Shown here in pieces: positions 13,661 to 27,126 of a DNA stretch of 64,000 nucleotides. Origin of the DNA: Catajapyx aquilonaris (Eukaryota); the NCBI GenBank assembly GCA_000934665.2, contig KZ538295.1, positions 1-64,000 of the forward strand. The letters are read 5' to 3'. Every line of letters begins with the position of its first letter. Within the stretch, counting starts at the first letter, position 1. Below the pieces are notes generated by a model. That model made no database searches. It had not been told where the DNA came from and worked only from the letters and a program-made list of their open reading frames with translations. A program made the position numbers and the translations under genes.

Positions 13661-13724
13661 ACCCAAGAACCAGTTGTAGAAAAAAGTTCTATACACTGTA
13701 TTTGTTAATTGTTTATTTGATAAA

Positions 13725-14117
13725 CCTTCTTCATTATTGGTTTATTTGGGTGGAGTAGTTGGTAAGAGGGGCAAGGGTAGGCCTAGGAAGACATGGTTGG
13801 ACCAGGTGGGCCAGTGTCTTAAGGGTGTTGCTAGTGTTAAGCCGAGACGTTCTTGTGTCAATAGGACCATGGACGTGGCTGAGGCTAGGGTTGTTTGTTT
13901 GGATAGGTGTAAATGGCGTAGGTTAATTAATGGGTAAATAGGTAAATACGTCTGAAGATAAGGTGATGTCTGAGGTGGGCAGGGGTGGGGGGTGGGACAG
14001 GTTGTTTTTAGGTTCTTTCTCATGTGTTTTATTAGTTCATATGTTGGGTTAGCTTGCATCTCCCTTCATCGCTGACTACCCCTCATAGGGAAATGTCGTG
14101 ATGTTGTTTGTTGTTTG
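13725..14117 (+). mobile_element. 5'-truncated RTE-clade LINE (ORF2 C-terminus, 3' UTR and microsatellite tail)
   Basis: Encodes GKRGKGRPRKTWLDQV...DRCKWRRL, typical of an RTE ORF2 C-terminus. (TTG/TTTG)n tail. 16-bp TSD ttgtttatttgataaa at 13709-13724 and 14118-14133. Confidence 0.85.
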
Positions 14118-14216
14118 TTGTTTATTTGATAAATTAATATGATTAATAAATGAAATCAAGTTGCGCTTATACAATGAGAGATGATACTGATTAGTTAGGT
14201 CCTTTGTATAGTTGAA

Positions 14217-15077
14217 TTATTTATCTGGAGCCGCTCTCATAACGCAATCCATCAGAGGGTTGTAAGCAGCACAGTATTTATCAGTATCTTTAGGTACTGC
14301 TTGATCTTCTGGAAAAGATATCATAATATTGTTAGAAGATAGAAATGCCTCAATATTTTGAAAGTCTGTGTAGTATATTAAATTATTGTTTCGCATACTA
14401 GGTATTGTCTTGAAACAAGCCATTAATGCCCTATGCGGCTCCGTGTCCTCTTCGCACTTTGCAGTGAAAGCCAGCACTCTGTCCATGTCTGGTAATCCGT
14501 TTGGTAGCACCTTTGTAAGGGTATATTTTCCATTTTAAGTTTTAAAATATATCCTCATTGACTATTACAGTATTAGTCACGTAGTATAAAAGATATTTCA
14601 CTGATACGTACACATCCAGTTTGTTGCAGCATGCACTTTACGACGCACTGTAAAATGCAGAGGAATGGAAAATTACACAATGCTAGTTTTTTTACATTAT
14701 TGACTTATGACCTTAAAATAACTCATTTCTTGTGTGGAATGTGATATACTGCCATCAGTTATGGATTGTTAAGTAACTCCGTTGTTGACTATATATTTTG
14801 AATAGTTTTCCACCACACTATTTCTGCCTTTGTCAGACTTACAGGAGCCTCACGCGGGTCATCTGCTACTTCGCTTGTGCATTTGTCCAACATTTTTCTC
14901 TCCTCCTCTTGACTCGGACATTTAAATTCCTGTGTAATTATTGGAAAGGAAACACAATAATTGTTCTTTTCAAAGGATATCTGAGTGCAGGCTTACCTGT
15001 GGGGAATCTCCACACTGAACGTGACAGATGAGAAGTAGTATGAGTCCAAAAATTAGACCGATGCAAAGGTTCTTCAT
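14217..15077 (-). CDS. OBP4: OBP-like, clade A, 9 Cys
   Basis: MKNLCIGLIFGLILLLICHVQCGDSPQ / EFKCPSQEEERKMLDKCTSEVADDPREAP / CVVKCMLQQTGC / VLPNGLPDMDRVLAFTAKCEEDTEPHRALMACFKTIP / ..DQAVPKDTDKYCAAYNPLMDCVMRAAPDK*. Confidence 0.85.
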
Positions 15078-15783
15078 GTCTGTTGTTGTATCCGTCAAAC
15101 TACAGATACTTCTTCGCAAGGGAAAATGCAACTTTCGAATGAAGACTAAAATATGTATATGTAAATAATCAGCGCACAATCTGCTCAGATCCGTGGATTC
15201 GGCACGAAACAACCTAATACTGGATAGTCGTGTGACGCTCGTGCTGTGTCGTCACTGTCCTGCAAGTGAAGGTCATGATGTGGATCACACAGACTTCGTC
15301 CACATAATCGTGCAGTGCATTGGGGGACACGGAAGTTGCATGAAACCTGACGAATTGTCAATTTAGTCACCTACCAGGCTTCGTAACAGGAAGGTGTTAT
15401 TTAATCAGGGTGCAAGAAATGCAGGTTGTTGTAATAATAGTATGATCCAAGAACACTAATTTTAGGTTTGTAGAAGAAGGCCCATTTGTTTGCTTTAATT
15501 ATTTATTTGATAAGTAGCCTTGCCTCCAGCGTACATTGGATTTCTGTGTTTTCTCAACACTCTAAATTATAATTAGGATGATTATGTAAACTGTTTTACG
15601 TATTATTCGATAGTTTTGATTGTAAGCAATATTGTAACTTACATATCTAATAAAATTATCCCATTATTATTTCAAGAAAACCGTAATGATACTGTAAAAT
15701 AGAAAGCAGATCTGAAATCTAAGTGCCTTGAGTTTGGTTAGGTCAGCCATTAAATTCAGTGTCGCAAAACCATTTCAGAATTG

Positions 15784-16707
15784 TTATTCATCATCATCAT
15801 CAGCCATTTCTGCAACGCAATCCATCATAGGGTTGTAAGCTTCACAGTGCTTATCAGTGTCTTTAGGTACCACTTGATTTTCTGCAAAATATATAATTAG
15901 AATTATTAGCTTCTGAGCAGTATATATCCTAAAGGTGGTTCACCTATTTTCCTGAAACAAGCCATTAATGCCTTATGCGCCTCCGTATCTTCTTTGCATT
16001 GTATCATTATTGCTTCCATTTTGTTCACGTCTGGTGCTCCGCTCGGTAGCATCTGTGCATGGCATAATTTCCATAAGTCTTAATTCACCCTCATCAGGTA
16101 TTATAGTTATTGCATAGTATAATATTGGAGATATCACTGATACATACGCATCCAGTTTGTTGCAGAATGCACCTAATGACGCACTGTAAAATGCGGAATG
16201 ATTTAAAATATTACACAATGCTACTCTTTTATGATATTAAAATGTGGAATTTAAAGTACTTTTCTCTTGTACGGAATGCGATCCACATACGTATTTAATA
16301 AGTATTTTGCACCCCAACCTCTGGAGCCCACTTTCATAAATATGACTTTGTGGCATATGGTTTATGAAAACTCGTGTGTATGAAATAATTTTATGTAGTT
16401 TTCCACCTAGTTAATTTGGTGGCTTTGTCCACACGCACTAAGTAACCACAATATTATTTTGCAGACTTACAGGCAGATCATGAGGGTCCAGATTTTCCTC
16501 TGAGCACTTGTCCAGCATTGCTTTCTTCTCTTCTTCACTACGGCATTTGAAGTCCTATGTAATAGATTATTGAAATATGAAACACACAGCTTTGTTATTG
16601 TCATGCTATGTCTCAGTATATAGGCTTACCTGTGGAGAGGCTCCGCATTGAACGTGACAGGTGAGAAGTGCGAGTCCAAAAAGCAGACAGAGGCAAAGAT
16701 GAGCCAT
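15784..16707 (-). CDS. OBP5: OBP-like, clade A, 9 Cys
   Basis: MAHLCLCLLFGLALLTCHVQCGASPQ / DFKCRSEEEKKAMLDKCSEENLDPHDLP / CVIRCILQQTGC / MLPSGAPDVNKMEAIMIQCKEDTEAHKALMACFRKI / ENQVVPKDTDKHCEAYNPMMDCVAEMADDDDE*. Confidence 0.85.
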
Positions 16708-17546
16708 GTGTGTTGGTATATGTCAAACTACAGCTACTTCGTGGCCTTTGGATTACGCCAAAAAATATGTGGGCAAAATTTTCTCAATCTGTATATATAC
16801 CGGCGCTAGTTCGGCATAAAGTAAGCAAGTGTATTCGTGTGCAGCTCGCGTCCTGTGGTCACAAGGACCTCTTCTTCAAATGAATTCCATAATATGGACC
16901 AAACAAACATTACTGGTCCACAGAATCGCACAATGCATATAGGCGGATACGGAAGTTGAATGAAAAAAAACCCGACGAATTGTCACTTTTGTTAACCTTC
17001 AGGCTTAGGAATATAACAGCACCTTATTGCTTCAGATGAACCTGTGTGTAAAATAGGAGGTATCAAAGCTCTACATTTTTTATTGCAATTGCGTGAGTTC
17101 AATCTATGAAACAAGTGACAAGAATTGTATAGCTATGTGTGAAGGTCGCACGGACAACTGCTAGAGTTCAACAATGAAGATCATAATCTCACGTCTGCTC
17201 CCATCTTGCAGTTTACGTGACTTATCCGAAGTATAGCACAACTACGACATTTGAATAGAAATGGTGACCAGACATCGCAAGAACACCATCGAATTTTTTG
17301 TACCCGGCAAAAACTTATCAATTGACGCTACATTCGTTTTCTGTTCAGTTCGAGATATTACACTGCAAGGAATTATTGTAGGTTGTCATTTAAAAAGCAA
17401 ATTTTTTGTTGATATTTATTTATAAGTATATTGTAGGTCTACTAAATATCATTTAAATTAGTACAACTGCTTTACAAAATATTGCAGATCAATTTATTAA
17501 CATATTGATAATATTCCCGTAAAAGGTACCATGCTTTTTTCCAAGC

Positions 17547-18379
17547 TTACTCGTCATCATTATCGTCATCATCTTCGTCCTCATCTTCGTCATCATCCTC
17601 CTCGTAATAATCTGTGTCCAATTCAAAACATTCCTCCATTGACCTGTAACCGCCGCAGCGTTTTAAACCCGGTTTGACATCGGCGGCTGTAAAATAATTT
17701 TGAAAAAATTAACATTACAAGTCAGCAGTTTCATTTCCAATGTATGAATATTATCTTACATTTTTCCTTGATGCAATCAAAAATAATCCTCTCCAGTTCT
17801 GGGAATTCTATGCAAGTCTCGAGGTTTTCTTCCATTTGCTTAATATCCGGTGTCCCATCCGGTAACAACTGTGAAAAAGTATAGCTAAGTAATTTCTTTG
17901 ACTTAACCACGTTTGTAGCAAGTACTATCTGGGGGGGAAAATGTTTTGTCCAAACGTATATCAATAACCATTGTGTGTGCTTCATTTATTTTCATTTTAT
18001 TTTCTAGCTATTTGTTGCATAGGTTTGGACGAAACCGTTTTACCCTAAGAGTAATACTCACCATATTAGCAGCTTTCAAGGAGCATGATACTGCACACTG
18101 TTAAAATACAAAAAAAATTAATACAAAACCCTGCAATAAAACAGCATAAAATCATAATAATAATAAAATGGCATACTCCTTCATCCTCTTCCTCTGGATA
18201 TTGCTCCCAACAATCATCGAAAAGAGCTTGGGTTGAATTGTGGGACATACACTGCAACCACATAATTTGCAACAGTCTATCAGGAACAATTTATGTACTA
18301 CATAATGTACGGTACTTACCAGACCCCATGTGTTGTTCACGATTACACCAAGAAATAGAAACAAGTAACAGATCCTCAT
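17547..18379 (-). CDS. OBP6: OBP-like, 8 Cys, poly-Asp/Glu tail (paralogue of OBP1)
   Basis: MRICYLFLFLGVIVNNTWGL / CMSHNSTQALFDDCWEQYPEEEDEG / CAVSCSLKAANM / LLPDGTPDIKQMEENLETCIEFPELERIIFDCIKEK / SADVKPGLKRCGGYRSMEECFELDTDYYEEDDDEDEDEDDDDNDDE*. Confidence 0.85.
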
Positions 18380-18749
18380 GTTGGGAAAAGTGACTATTAA
18401 TATTCAGAGGAGCAGGTATATGACTACTTGGCCGAGAGAGAAAATTGTTATGTGGATAGTGCGTGATATATGAAGCTGACTATGACCATCATACATCCAA
18501 AAATTTATGGCTTTAGGATGACACGTCTTCCTGTCTTTTGACCAATCCTATTTCTTTAGTCGCTTGTTTGCTCTTTGCAAGGACAGCACTCGACATTCCA
18601 CTGGAAGGACATTTAAATAGATCATGGCCAATGGTCAGTTGCTATTTATCTACAATAAGGGTAAGGAACTGATAATGTATGAAATTATTTTAATGCATTA
18701 CCATCTTTATACAGTTTTAAATCGGATTAACACAGAATATATCGTATGA

Positions 18750-19348
18750 CTATCGTATTACTGCCTTTTTATTGCGCTTCAGACAATCTGCCATCGGAAG
18801 GTATCCATCGCAACCTTTGTCTGGTTGAATAACTGTTTAAAATGAAACAAAAAATATTAGGCTTAATTTTGCTAATTCTCGGTTTTGCTGTGTTCACCTT
18901 CTTTTCTCCAGCAGGCGAGTGTCTTTTGGCTCATGGTGTTATTTCTTCCACATGCAGCTATGCGAGCTTCAATCTTGTCAAAATCCGGCATGCCATCGCT
19001 CTTCAGCTACATAAAAATAATATTAGTGCCCACCTTTTATGTCACTAATAGTAACGTACCTGCTCAGCCTTTTCAAGCAGACATTTAACCACACACTGAA
19101 AAGAAAAATGCACTATGTATACAATACACAGCATAAAGTAGCGCAATAATAACTTACGCCAGCATTCTCGTTATTCTTCTTGCAGGTAAAAATAATTTCT
19201 TTCATCTCCTCTTTCGTCGGACACTAAAATGAAGGTTCAAATATTACAATTAACTATGAGTAATGTGTTTTAAAACACTTACTTCTTTTTCTTGAACTGT
19301 GATCGCAGGTAAAATCGCAAGGAGTAACACAATTTGGCGCACTTTCAT
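18750..19348 (-). CDS. OBP7: OBP-like, 8 Cys, basic
   Basis: MKVRQIVLLLAILPAITVQEKE / CPTKEEMKEIIFTCKKNNENAG / CVVKCLLEKAEQ / LKSDGMPDFDKIEARIAACGRNNTMSQKTLACWRKE / VIQPDKGCDGYLPMADCLKRNKKAVIR*. Confidence 0.85.
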
Positions 19349-20549
19349 GGCGGGCTTCGTTTTGTAATGATGACGATGTTTCCAAAGAGACATGTGTCAA
19401 AAAGTTGGGGAAAATCAGTGGAAGTGTATCAATTGGTTACACTCAGCTTTGCACGACTTCCTGTCTTTACAGTCCCTTCCATGCATGTATCCTCTGCACT
19501 TCACTGACCTCAACTACAGCGTTATAGGGGCTTCCTTTGGTTACACAACAACCATGGTAGTCTAATAAATCAATTATTCGCAACTTCCTGTCGGAATTAA
19601 GTATGAGTCACTTACACACGCCGTCTGATGCTGTACAGTACGTTTATTACATATTGACCAAGCTGAAGAGGTTCACTGAGATGCCTTAGAAAACAAGAGG
19701 TCTATATAATACTGTATGTGTTAAAAACTAAAACAAGCATTCAAAAAGAAGCTTTAATCACAACAATGAATGTGGGTGATTATGATTCCGTTTGATAATA
19801 TTGAACTTTTGTCGGTTATGAGCCCACAAACAATGAAGCTGCAGTGTGCAGTTCTGGACGTAATGAGAACGATAGGGGTTCTTTCAGGATTAAAGTTGGT
19901 TTAAACTTAACGCTTTTTTGCCGGGCAAAGGGACAATTCCGATATGTACCTCTTTGATAGCCTCATACCTAATCAGCAATGAATCTCAATAACCTTCATC
20001 TATGTCCTAATCCAAGGTTGCTGTATTTTTCCATTGTTTGGGAAAAACCAAGAGGGGACAGAAATTAAAATACTAAATGCTGTTATTCATTTTAATACTG
20101 TTAAACCGACCATTTGTTTCACACATTACATTTTTACTGCTGCAAGATTTCTGGAAATTAGTTTTTTAAATATTGTTAAGGACATTACAACTGAGGACAA
20201 CGAATGTTTATTATCATTGACATTGACAGTTGTTCAAATGGAAGCCGCTTTTACTCGCTGGGCTAGAAGTTCACAATATTGCTTGAGACTGCAACATAAA
20301 TAAACATATATGTAAAATTCATTGGCCACAAACCACTCATTCATTAAGTTATTCTGCTCAATAAGTGGTTTCTCCAGAGGATGTAATGAGGTATAGACGA
20401 CGAGCTTCATAATCTTAATCCGTGATCTTCAGAACACATGCAACAAAATGTGTAACATTAGAAAACCATAATGCTATTACATGTTCTCATTTTTAAATAT
20501 CAAGCCTTATACCATGTGTCCTCCATTATATTCACAACTGCTTCAGTTT

Positions 20550-21345
20550 CTACCCCATATTTTCTGTACAGCATTTGTGAAATGGTTGGTACCCACTGCA
20601 GTCAGGTTTGCCAGGTTCAATTTTGTCATCTGCAATAAAACCGCACAATCATGACAAATGATTCTTACTGACAAAATTGTGTATACAGGAGTATAAACTC
20701 CACAACTTGCATGTTTTATCAACGCATCCAATAACTACATCCTCTTCGGGGGTAGTACCACTTTCTGAGCCGCAATTCTTTGCATCTTCCCTAAGATGAG
20801 CAGCATCCGGCTTTCCCTTCGCATCCAGCTTTTAAAATAATACAGTGCACGATAGTTATCTGGCATAAAATGCGTTCTAGTCCCGCAACTTGTGTTTTTT
20901 ACCACAGTTTATTACGATAATTTAAATCAATTGATATTGAAATGCTTATTGGAAAGTCTTTGCAACTTTAAATTAAAAAAGAAACACGTATAGGCTTACC
21001 GCATTGGTTCCTTTAAAAACACATGGATACATACACTGTGCGCGAGAGAAATAATAGATATTAATAATTATAGTACAGTAGACGATTAATTTATTGTCAT
21101 ATACCATTGGCCGATCAGGTATGTTGTCGTTCTTGCATTTGTCAAGGAGTTCTCTAAGCTCGTTCTCGCTGTGACACTGAAATGATTAAAGGCAATTATA
21201 CTCTTATATAAAATAATATACGTAATTACGTAGGTATAAAAATTCGAGTTATTCTGAAACTCATTTAACTTACTTCGTATGCCCCTGCACCGTTCAAGGA
21301 AATAGCCGCTGTAATCAGCATCAACGCAACAGGTAACCTGAACAT
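20550..21345 (-). CDS. OBP8: OBP-like, clade B, 9 Cys (C-terminal CC), GC-AG intron 4
   Basis: MFRLPVALMLITAAISLNGAGAYE / CHSENELRELLDKCKNDNIPDRPM / CMYPCVFKGTNA / LDAKGKPDAAHLREDAKNCGSESGTTPEEDVVIGCVDKT / YDKIEPGKPDCSGYQPFHKCCTENMG*. Confidence 0.82.
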
Positions 21346-22672
21346 GCTGACAACGAGTGACACCTTCTTCCATGAGACTGTAAATGACTCCATTTGGTAC
21401 AGTACCCTATTCAAGTGTACCTTCCGCGGTATGGAATTTTTTTTGATATATGGTTGCACAATTTCCTCATTCGTGATAACATTGTCGTAAGAGAGTTTCA
21501 AAGGATCATTTTGACATGTATCCCCATTGAACGGATATGTGTGCTTACAATAACCTGCACACGCTTGCTGGATGTCAGTCTATAGCAATTGCTTATTTAT
21601 GTGTAGAGTCTAGACCTTATTACAGCCCCTGTCCTGATGGGTAATTGCATGTCTGGTTCTCTTCTGTAGAAAGAAGCCTATTACGTCATAACTTTTGAAA
21701 CACCTTGTTGCATGTAATCACATGGACTCTTCTCTCATTCCTAAAATCTGCTGATGACTTAATTACCCTCTTCCAAAACACATATGGTCACAAAATAATG
21801 TCAATCAGAATCCAACTTATTCTTATTATTGTCCACGAAAATTCAATGTAAGAAAGACTAGAGAGGGTTTAACGGTTTAAAAATTTGGTGTGAAACAGTT
21901 GGACGAAAAATTAACAGCATTAATCGTATATACATTGTGATTGGTTGATTTTAGAAATATTATTGAAATTTTGTCTGTTGTGAGCCGATCAGCACAATGT
22001 ATATGGATACCTGTTTGAACGTAATGAATGATAATTTCACCGAATTTTTCAAGATTAAACGTGTCTTACTTAACTGAGGGTTTTTTTTTGCAGGGCAGAG
22101 GGACATATCCGATATGTATACTACACCTATGATAGCCTTACCTAATCCATGAATCTCAATAACCTTCATCGATGTCCTAATCTAAGGTTGCTGTATTTTT
22201 CCAGTGCTTGGGAAAAACCAAGAGGGAACAAAAATGAAAATACAAAATGCTACATGATTCATTTAAGTTTTAAACCGACCATTTGCTTCACTCATTGCAT
22301 TTTATACTGCTGCAAGGTTTCTGGAAATGAGTTTTTTTATATAATTATTGTTAAGGACATTACAACTGAGGGCAACGAATGTTTATTATCTAAGACATTG
22401 ATGCTATTGTTCACATGGAAGCCGCTTGTACTCGCTGGGCCATAAGTTCACAATATTGTTTGAGACTGCAACACAAAAAATAAGCACATGTAAAATTTAT
22501 TGGCCACAAACCATTCATTCATTATGTTATTCTGCACAATAAGTGGTTTCTCCAGAGGATGTAGTGAGGTATAGACGGCGAGCTTCATAATATTAATTAT
22601 GCTATTACATTGTTCTTACTTTGAAATGTCAAGCAAGCCTTACCCATTATATATTCACAACTGCTTCAGTTT

Positions 22673-23486
22673 CTACCCCATATTTTCTGTACAACATTCG
22701 TGGAATGGTAGGTACCCACTGCAGTCAGGTTTACCAGGTTCAATTTTGTCATCTGCAATAAAACCGCACGATCATTACAAATTATTCTCTTACTGACAAA
22801 ATTATGTATACACAGGAGTATAATATAAACTCCACAACTTGCATGTTTTATCAATGCATCCAATAACTACTTCATCTTCGGAGGAAATACCACCTTCTGA
22901 GCCGCAATTCTTTGCATCTTCCCTCATATGAACAGCATCCGGCTTTTTATTCGCATCCAGCTTTAAAATAATACAAGGCACGATATAGTTACCTGCATAA
23001 AATGAGTTTTAGTCCAGTAACTTGTGCTTTTGACCGAATTTTATTTCAATCATTTAAATCAATTATTGATGCTGAAATGCTTATTGAAAAGTCCTTGCAT
23101 CTTTAAATGAGAAAAGAAACACTTATATACTGTATAGGCTTACCGTTTGGGTTCCTTCAAAAACACATGGGTACATACACTGTGTGAGAGAGAAAAAATA
23201 GCTATTAATTTGAGTGCAGTAGAGGATTAATATTTATTATTAGTCACACCAATGGCCGATCAGGCATGCTGTCGTTCTTGCACTTGTCAAGGAGTTCTCT
23301 AAGCTCGTTCTCGCTGTGACACTGAAATGATTAAAGGCAATATTATACTCTTATACAAAATATACGTAATTACATAGATATAAAAATTATTATTCTGAAA
23401 CTAATTTAACTTACTTCGTGTGCCCCTGCACCGTTCAAGGAAATAGCCGCCGTAATCAGCAACAACGCAGCAAGTAACTTGATCAT
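22673..23486 (-). CDS. OBP9: OBP-like, clade B, 9 Cys, GC-AG intron 4
   Basis: MIKLLAALLLITAAISLNGAGAHE / CHSENELRELLDKCKNDSMPDRPL / CMYPCVFEGTQT / LDANKKPDAVHMREDAKNCGSEGGISSEDEVVIGCIDKT / YDKIEPGKPDCSGYLPFHECCTENMG*. Confidence 0.82.
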
Positions 23487-24703
23487 GCTGACTGCGAGTG
23501 TCATCTTCTTCCATGAGACTGTAAACCACTCCATTTGGTACAGTACTCCATTCAAGTATACCTTCCGCGGTATGGATTTTTTTTTGTATTTACGGTTGCA
23601 CAATTTCCTCGTTCGTGATAACAGAGTCGTAAGAGAGTTTCAAAGGATCACTTTGACATGTATCCCCATTGAATGGATATGTGTGCTTACAATGACCTGC
23701 ACACGCTTGTGGGACGTCAGTCTCGCAATTGCTTATTTATGTGTAGACCTTATTACAGCCCCTGTCCTGATGGGTAATTGTGTGTTATTTCTGGATCTCT
23801 TCTACTGTATAAAGAGACGCCTATTGCGTCATACCTTTTTAAACACCTTGTAGCATGTAGTCACACTCTCCTCTCATGCCTCAGATCTTCTGATGACTAA
23901 ACAATCACGCTCTTCCAAAACACATATGTGCACAAAATAATGCCAATCAGAATCCAACTTATTGTTTTTACTGTCCACGAAAATTCAATGATGTAAGAAA
24001 GAGTGGAGACATTTTAAAAAGTTGGTGTGAAACAGTTGGAAGAAAAATTCATTGATCATATACATTGTGGTTGTGATTTTAGAAAAATTAATTTATTGCC
24101 TTTGATAATGTTGAAATAATTTTGTCTGTTATGAGCCGATCAGCACAATGTATATGAATATCTGGCTGAACGTAATGAATTATAATTTCGCGATTTTTTC
24201 AGGATTTAACATGTCTTACTTAACTGAGGGCCTTTTTGCCGGGCAGATGGACATATCCGCGGTATGTACAGCTTTGATAGCTTACCTAACCCATACATCT
24301 CAAAAACCTTCATCGATGTCTTCATCCAAGGTTGGTGTATTTCCGGCGGCTGAAAAAAACCGTGGAGTTGACTCCAATAATAAGCATTCCACTTCACTCT
24401 AATCATTTTATAATGTCCATATCCTTTATTGCGTAGTATAATATTTACTGGTGCCATAATTCCTCCGACTCTGTAGGACATTCATCAACGCATATCATCT
24501 ACGTACAACGCATACCTTCTGCATCGAGTCAAAATATATCCAATGCCAAGAAGGGTCAAAGATGTAATATTCAGGATGCATGCAACAAAATGTGCAACAT
24601 TTTGCACAGTATATAGTGTAATGATACGGTATCTACGTATTCACTTTGAAACGTCATCTTACCTTGTTGACTCGATTAATTTGTCCATAATCTGATCCTG
24701 TTT

Positions 24704-25969
24704 CTATCCCATCTTTTTACCACAGCACTCAGCAAATTCCCGGTATCCATTGCAATTTTCTAAACCTGGATCAATTTTGTCATCTGCAATATTAAATTTT
24801 CACTTTCATGTCAAATTTTTCTTACTGATAAACGATGTATGCATGCTTTTAAGATCCAACAACTTACATGTTTCCTTTAGGCATCCAATAACTATCTGAG
24901 CCATCTTGGACTCTTTTGATGAACCACACATTTTATTATCCTCCTCAATGTAAGTAATATTCGGCTTGTTTTTTTCACGGTCCATCTTTAAACACAAGGC
25001 ATACAACTTTACACGATATCTGCATGAAATTCTGTACAGTCCCATAACTGGTATTTTAACCGAATTTAATAATATTGCGCTGGTTTTAAAGTAATAAATA
25101 TTATAAAGCTCTTGCATTACAAAAATAAATAAAATTGTTTAGGCTTACCGAACCAGTTGCTTCACAAATACATGGAAACATGCACTGTATATGAGAGAAA
25201 AATAGAGGTCAGTTAGTTATTAAATCTGGAGATGCAATATTATTTTCTATATGCTGGACATAATTATACATATTACATATGTAATACTGGTATAATATAA
25301 CATAATGTTGATCCCCCCCCTATATACTAGCTTAAAAGATGATTTATTTTATTCAGTCATACCAATGGTTTCGTCTTCATGTTGTCGTCCTTGCATTTCA
25401 TCACGATTCCATCAAGTTCCTTTTCTTCAAAACACTGAAATAATTTATTATTACACAATCCATTCGTAATCAGGATGAAAAAAGGAGAGAAAAATAATAA
25501 GGAATACTTTTGTCAAATTGAGTTTCACAGAGAGAAAAGAGAGAGAGAGAGAGAGTCTAAGTATGGATTGTTCATTTCAGAAACCAGTTTGAAGAGAAGC
25601 AACAATCTCGATAACTGAATTAGATTCTCATTGTACCTTCTCATTAAAACTGTTGCTAGAGTCAACAATCCACATGTTTTCCCCCTTTCCCTTCTTTTGA
25701 ACTGTGGATTTATTTGGACCCTTTATATTAAGCCGATGATTAGTGTAAATCATTACGTAAGTTATACACTTTTACAGAATTTTGAATGTACATTTTGGCA
25801 GAAGTATTGTAGACTACTGCCATTATTATGTTTGCACGTTTTATTCTATTGCTGTTCTAAAGAATGTATAAGTTATTTTTCAGCTAATTTAACTTACTTT
25901 GTGTGCACCTACGCCATTGGAGAAAAAAGCCGCCGTAATCAGAAACACCACAGCATGTAACTTGATCAT
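24704..25969 (-). CDS. OBP10: OBP-like, clade B, 10 Cys
   Basis: MIKLHAVVFLITAAFFSNGVGAHK / CFEEKELDGIVMKCKDDNMKTKPL / CMFPCICEATGS / MDREKNKPNITYIEEDNKMCGSSKESKMAQIVIGCLKET / YDKIDPGLENCNGYREFAECCGKKMG*. Confidence 0.83.
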
Positions 25970-27126
25970 GACTGTTCTTCTTCCAGGCTACTGTCAATAA
26001 TGTCAGTATAGACTATGCGTGGTTTATATCAACTTATTCAAGTACATATTCCGCTGTGTGGCCTTTTGATTTAGTGTTGCATAATTTCCTCAAATTCTTG
26101 ATATCAAGGTCATATGAGAATATTATTTCAAATGATAATTCTGACATATAGAGTATACCCCCACATTGAACGGATGGTTCCTTACAATAGCCTGCTCACG
26201 CTTGTACGACAACGGCACACTATTGCTTATTTAGGTGTGTTGCTAATTATGATGACATCCTGATAGGCAATATTGCGTGTTACTGATGGTTCTGTTTGGC
26301 GGACAAGATGAATGCGTCATAACTTTTCAAACATCTTGTAGCATATAGTCACATTGACTCTTCGCTCATTCCGCAGATCTGCCAATGATTTAACTCACTT
26401 CCATTTCCGCGTGTAGTCCTGATAATGCCACAATTCAATTTCTGGTTAGAAAACAACCCATTTCCTCTCCTTATTGTACCCAATTTAGTGACATACACTA
26501 ACGAGTGGGATGTTTTGAAAGGGTGGGCAGATCAAAGGGGCAGGGGGATTTTAAAAACACTGTATATCAAACCTTACAGAATTAACACTCAATAATGTAT
26601 GCAATGAACGAAAAAAATTAAATGTGATTTTTGGCTCGTTTAATACGGTACTGTGCGTACCAGCACCTTTTAAGAACATGCCAATCTTTTTTTAAACATT
26701 TAAAACAGTGGCATAAAGACTACTAAGCAGCCTTCTGAGCACGACGTTACTTGCAGCTATTTTTACTACAGTATATAAGCGTATATGTGCGTTTATAGCG
26801 ATTTTCAATCGTACAAGTTTGTGGCAGGGGGAAAATGTTAATTAAAATGTACTGCCTGGTTAGGTTGTTTCAATGTAAAATAAAACTTTATTCCAAGTAG
26901 CGTAACCTCAAAGTTTATCATTTGACTAGAAGCATGGTGCAAACAATAAGCAAGCAACCTACAGTTGCTGACAACCGGAGTCAAGAGTTCTGCATGCAAT
27001 ACTGCGCTCGAAAACCTATAATATTAGTTGAACAATGCTCCTTTTACATTATACATAGTGAAATATTTGCAATCAAAATCCGACATCAGATCCAAATTTA
27101 ATCTTCATCCACAGCATGATGTGTTC

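Larger units (their letters stand above)
19780..26400. repeat. Three tandem ~2.1-2.3-kb duplication units carrying OBP8, OBP9 and OBP10
   Basis: Flanking sequence recurs (e.g. tgagccgatcagcacaatgtatatg near 21980 and 24130, with a diverged copy near 19820). Units 1 and 2 are closely similar; unit 3 is more diverged. Boundaries approximate. Confidence 0.75.
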
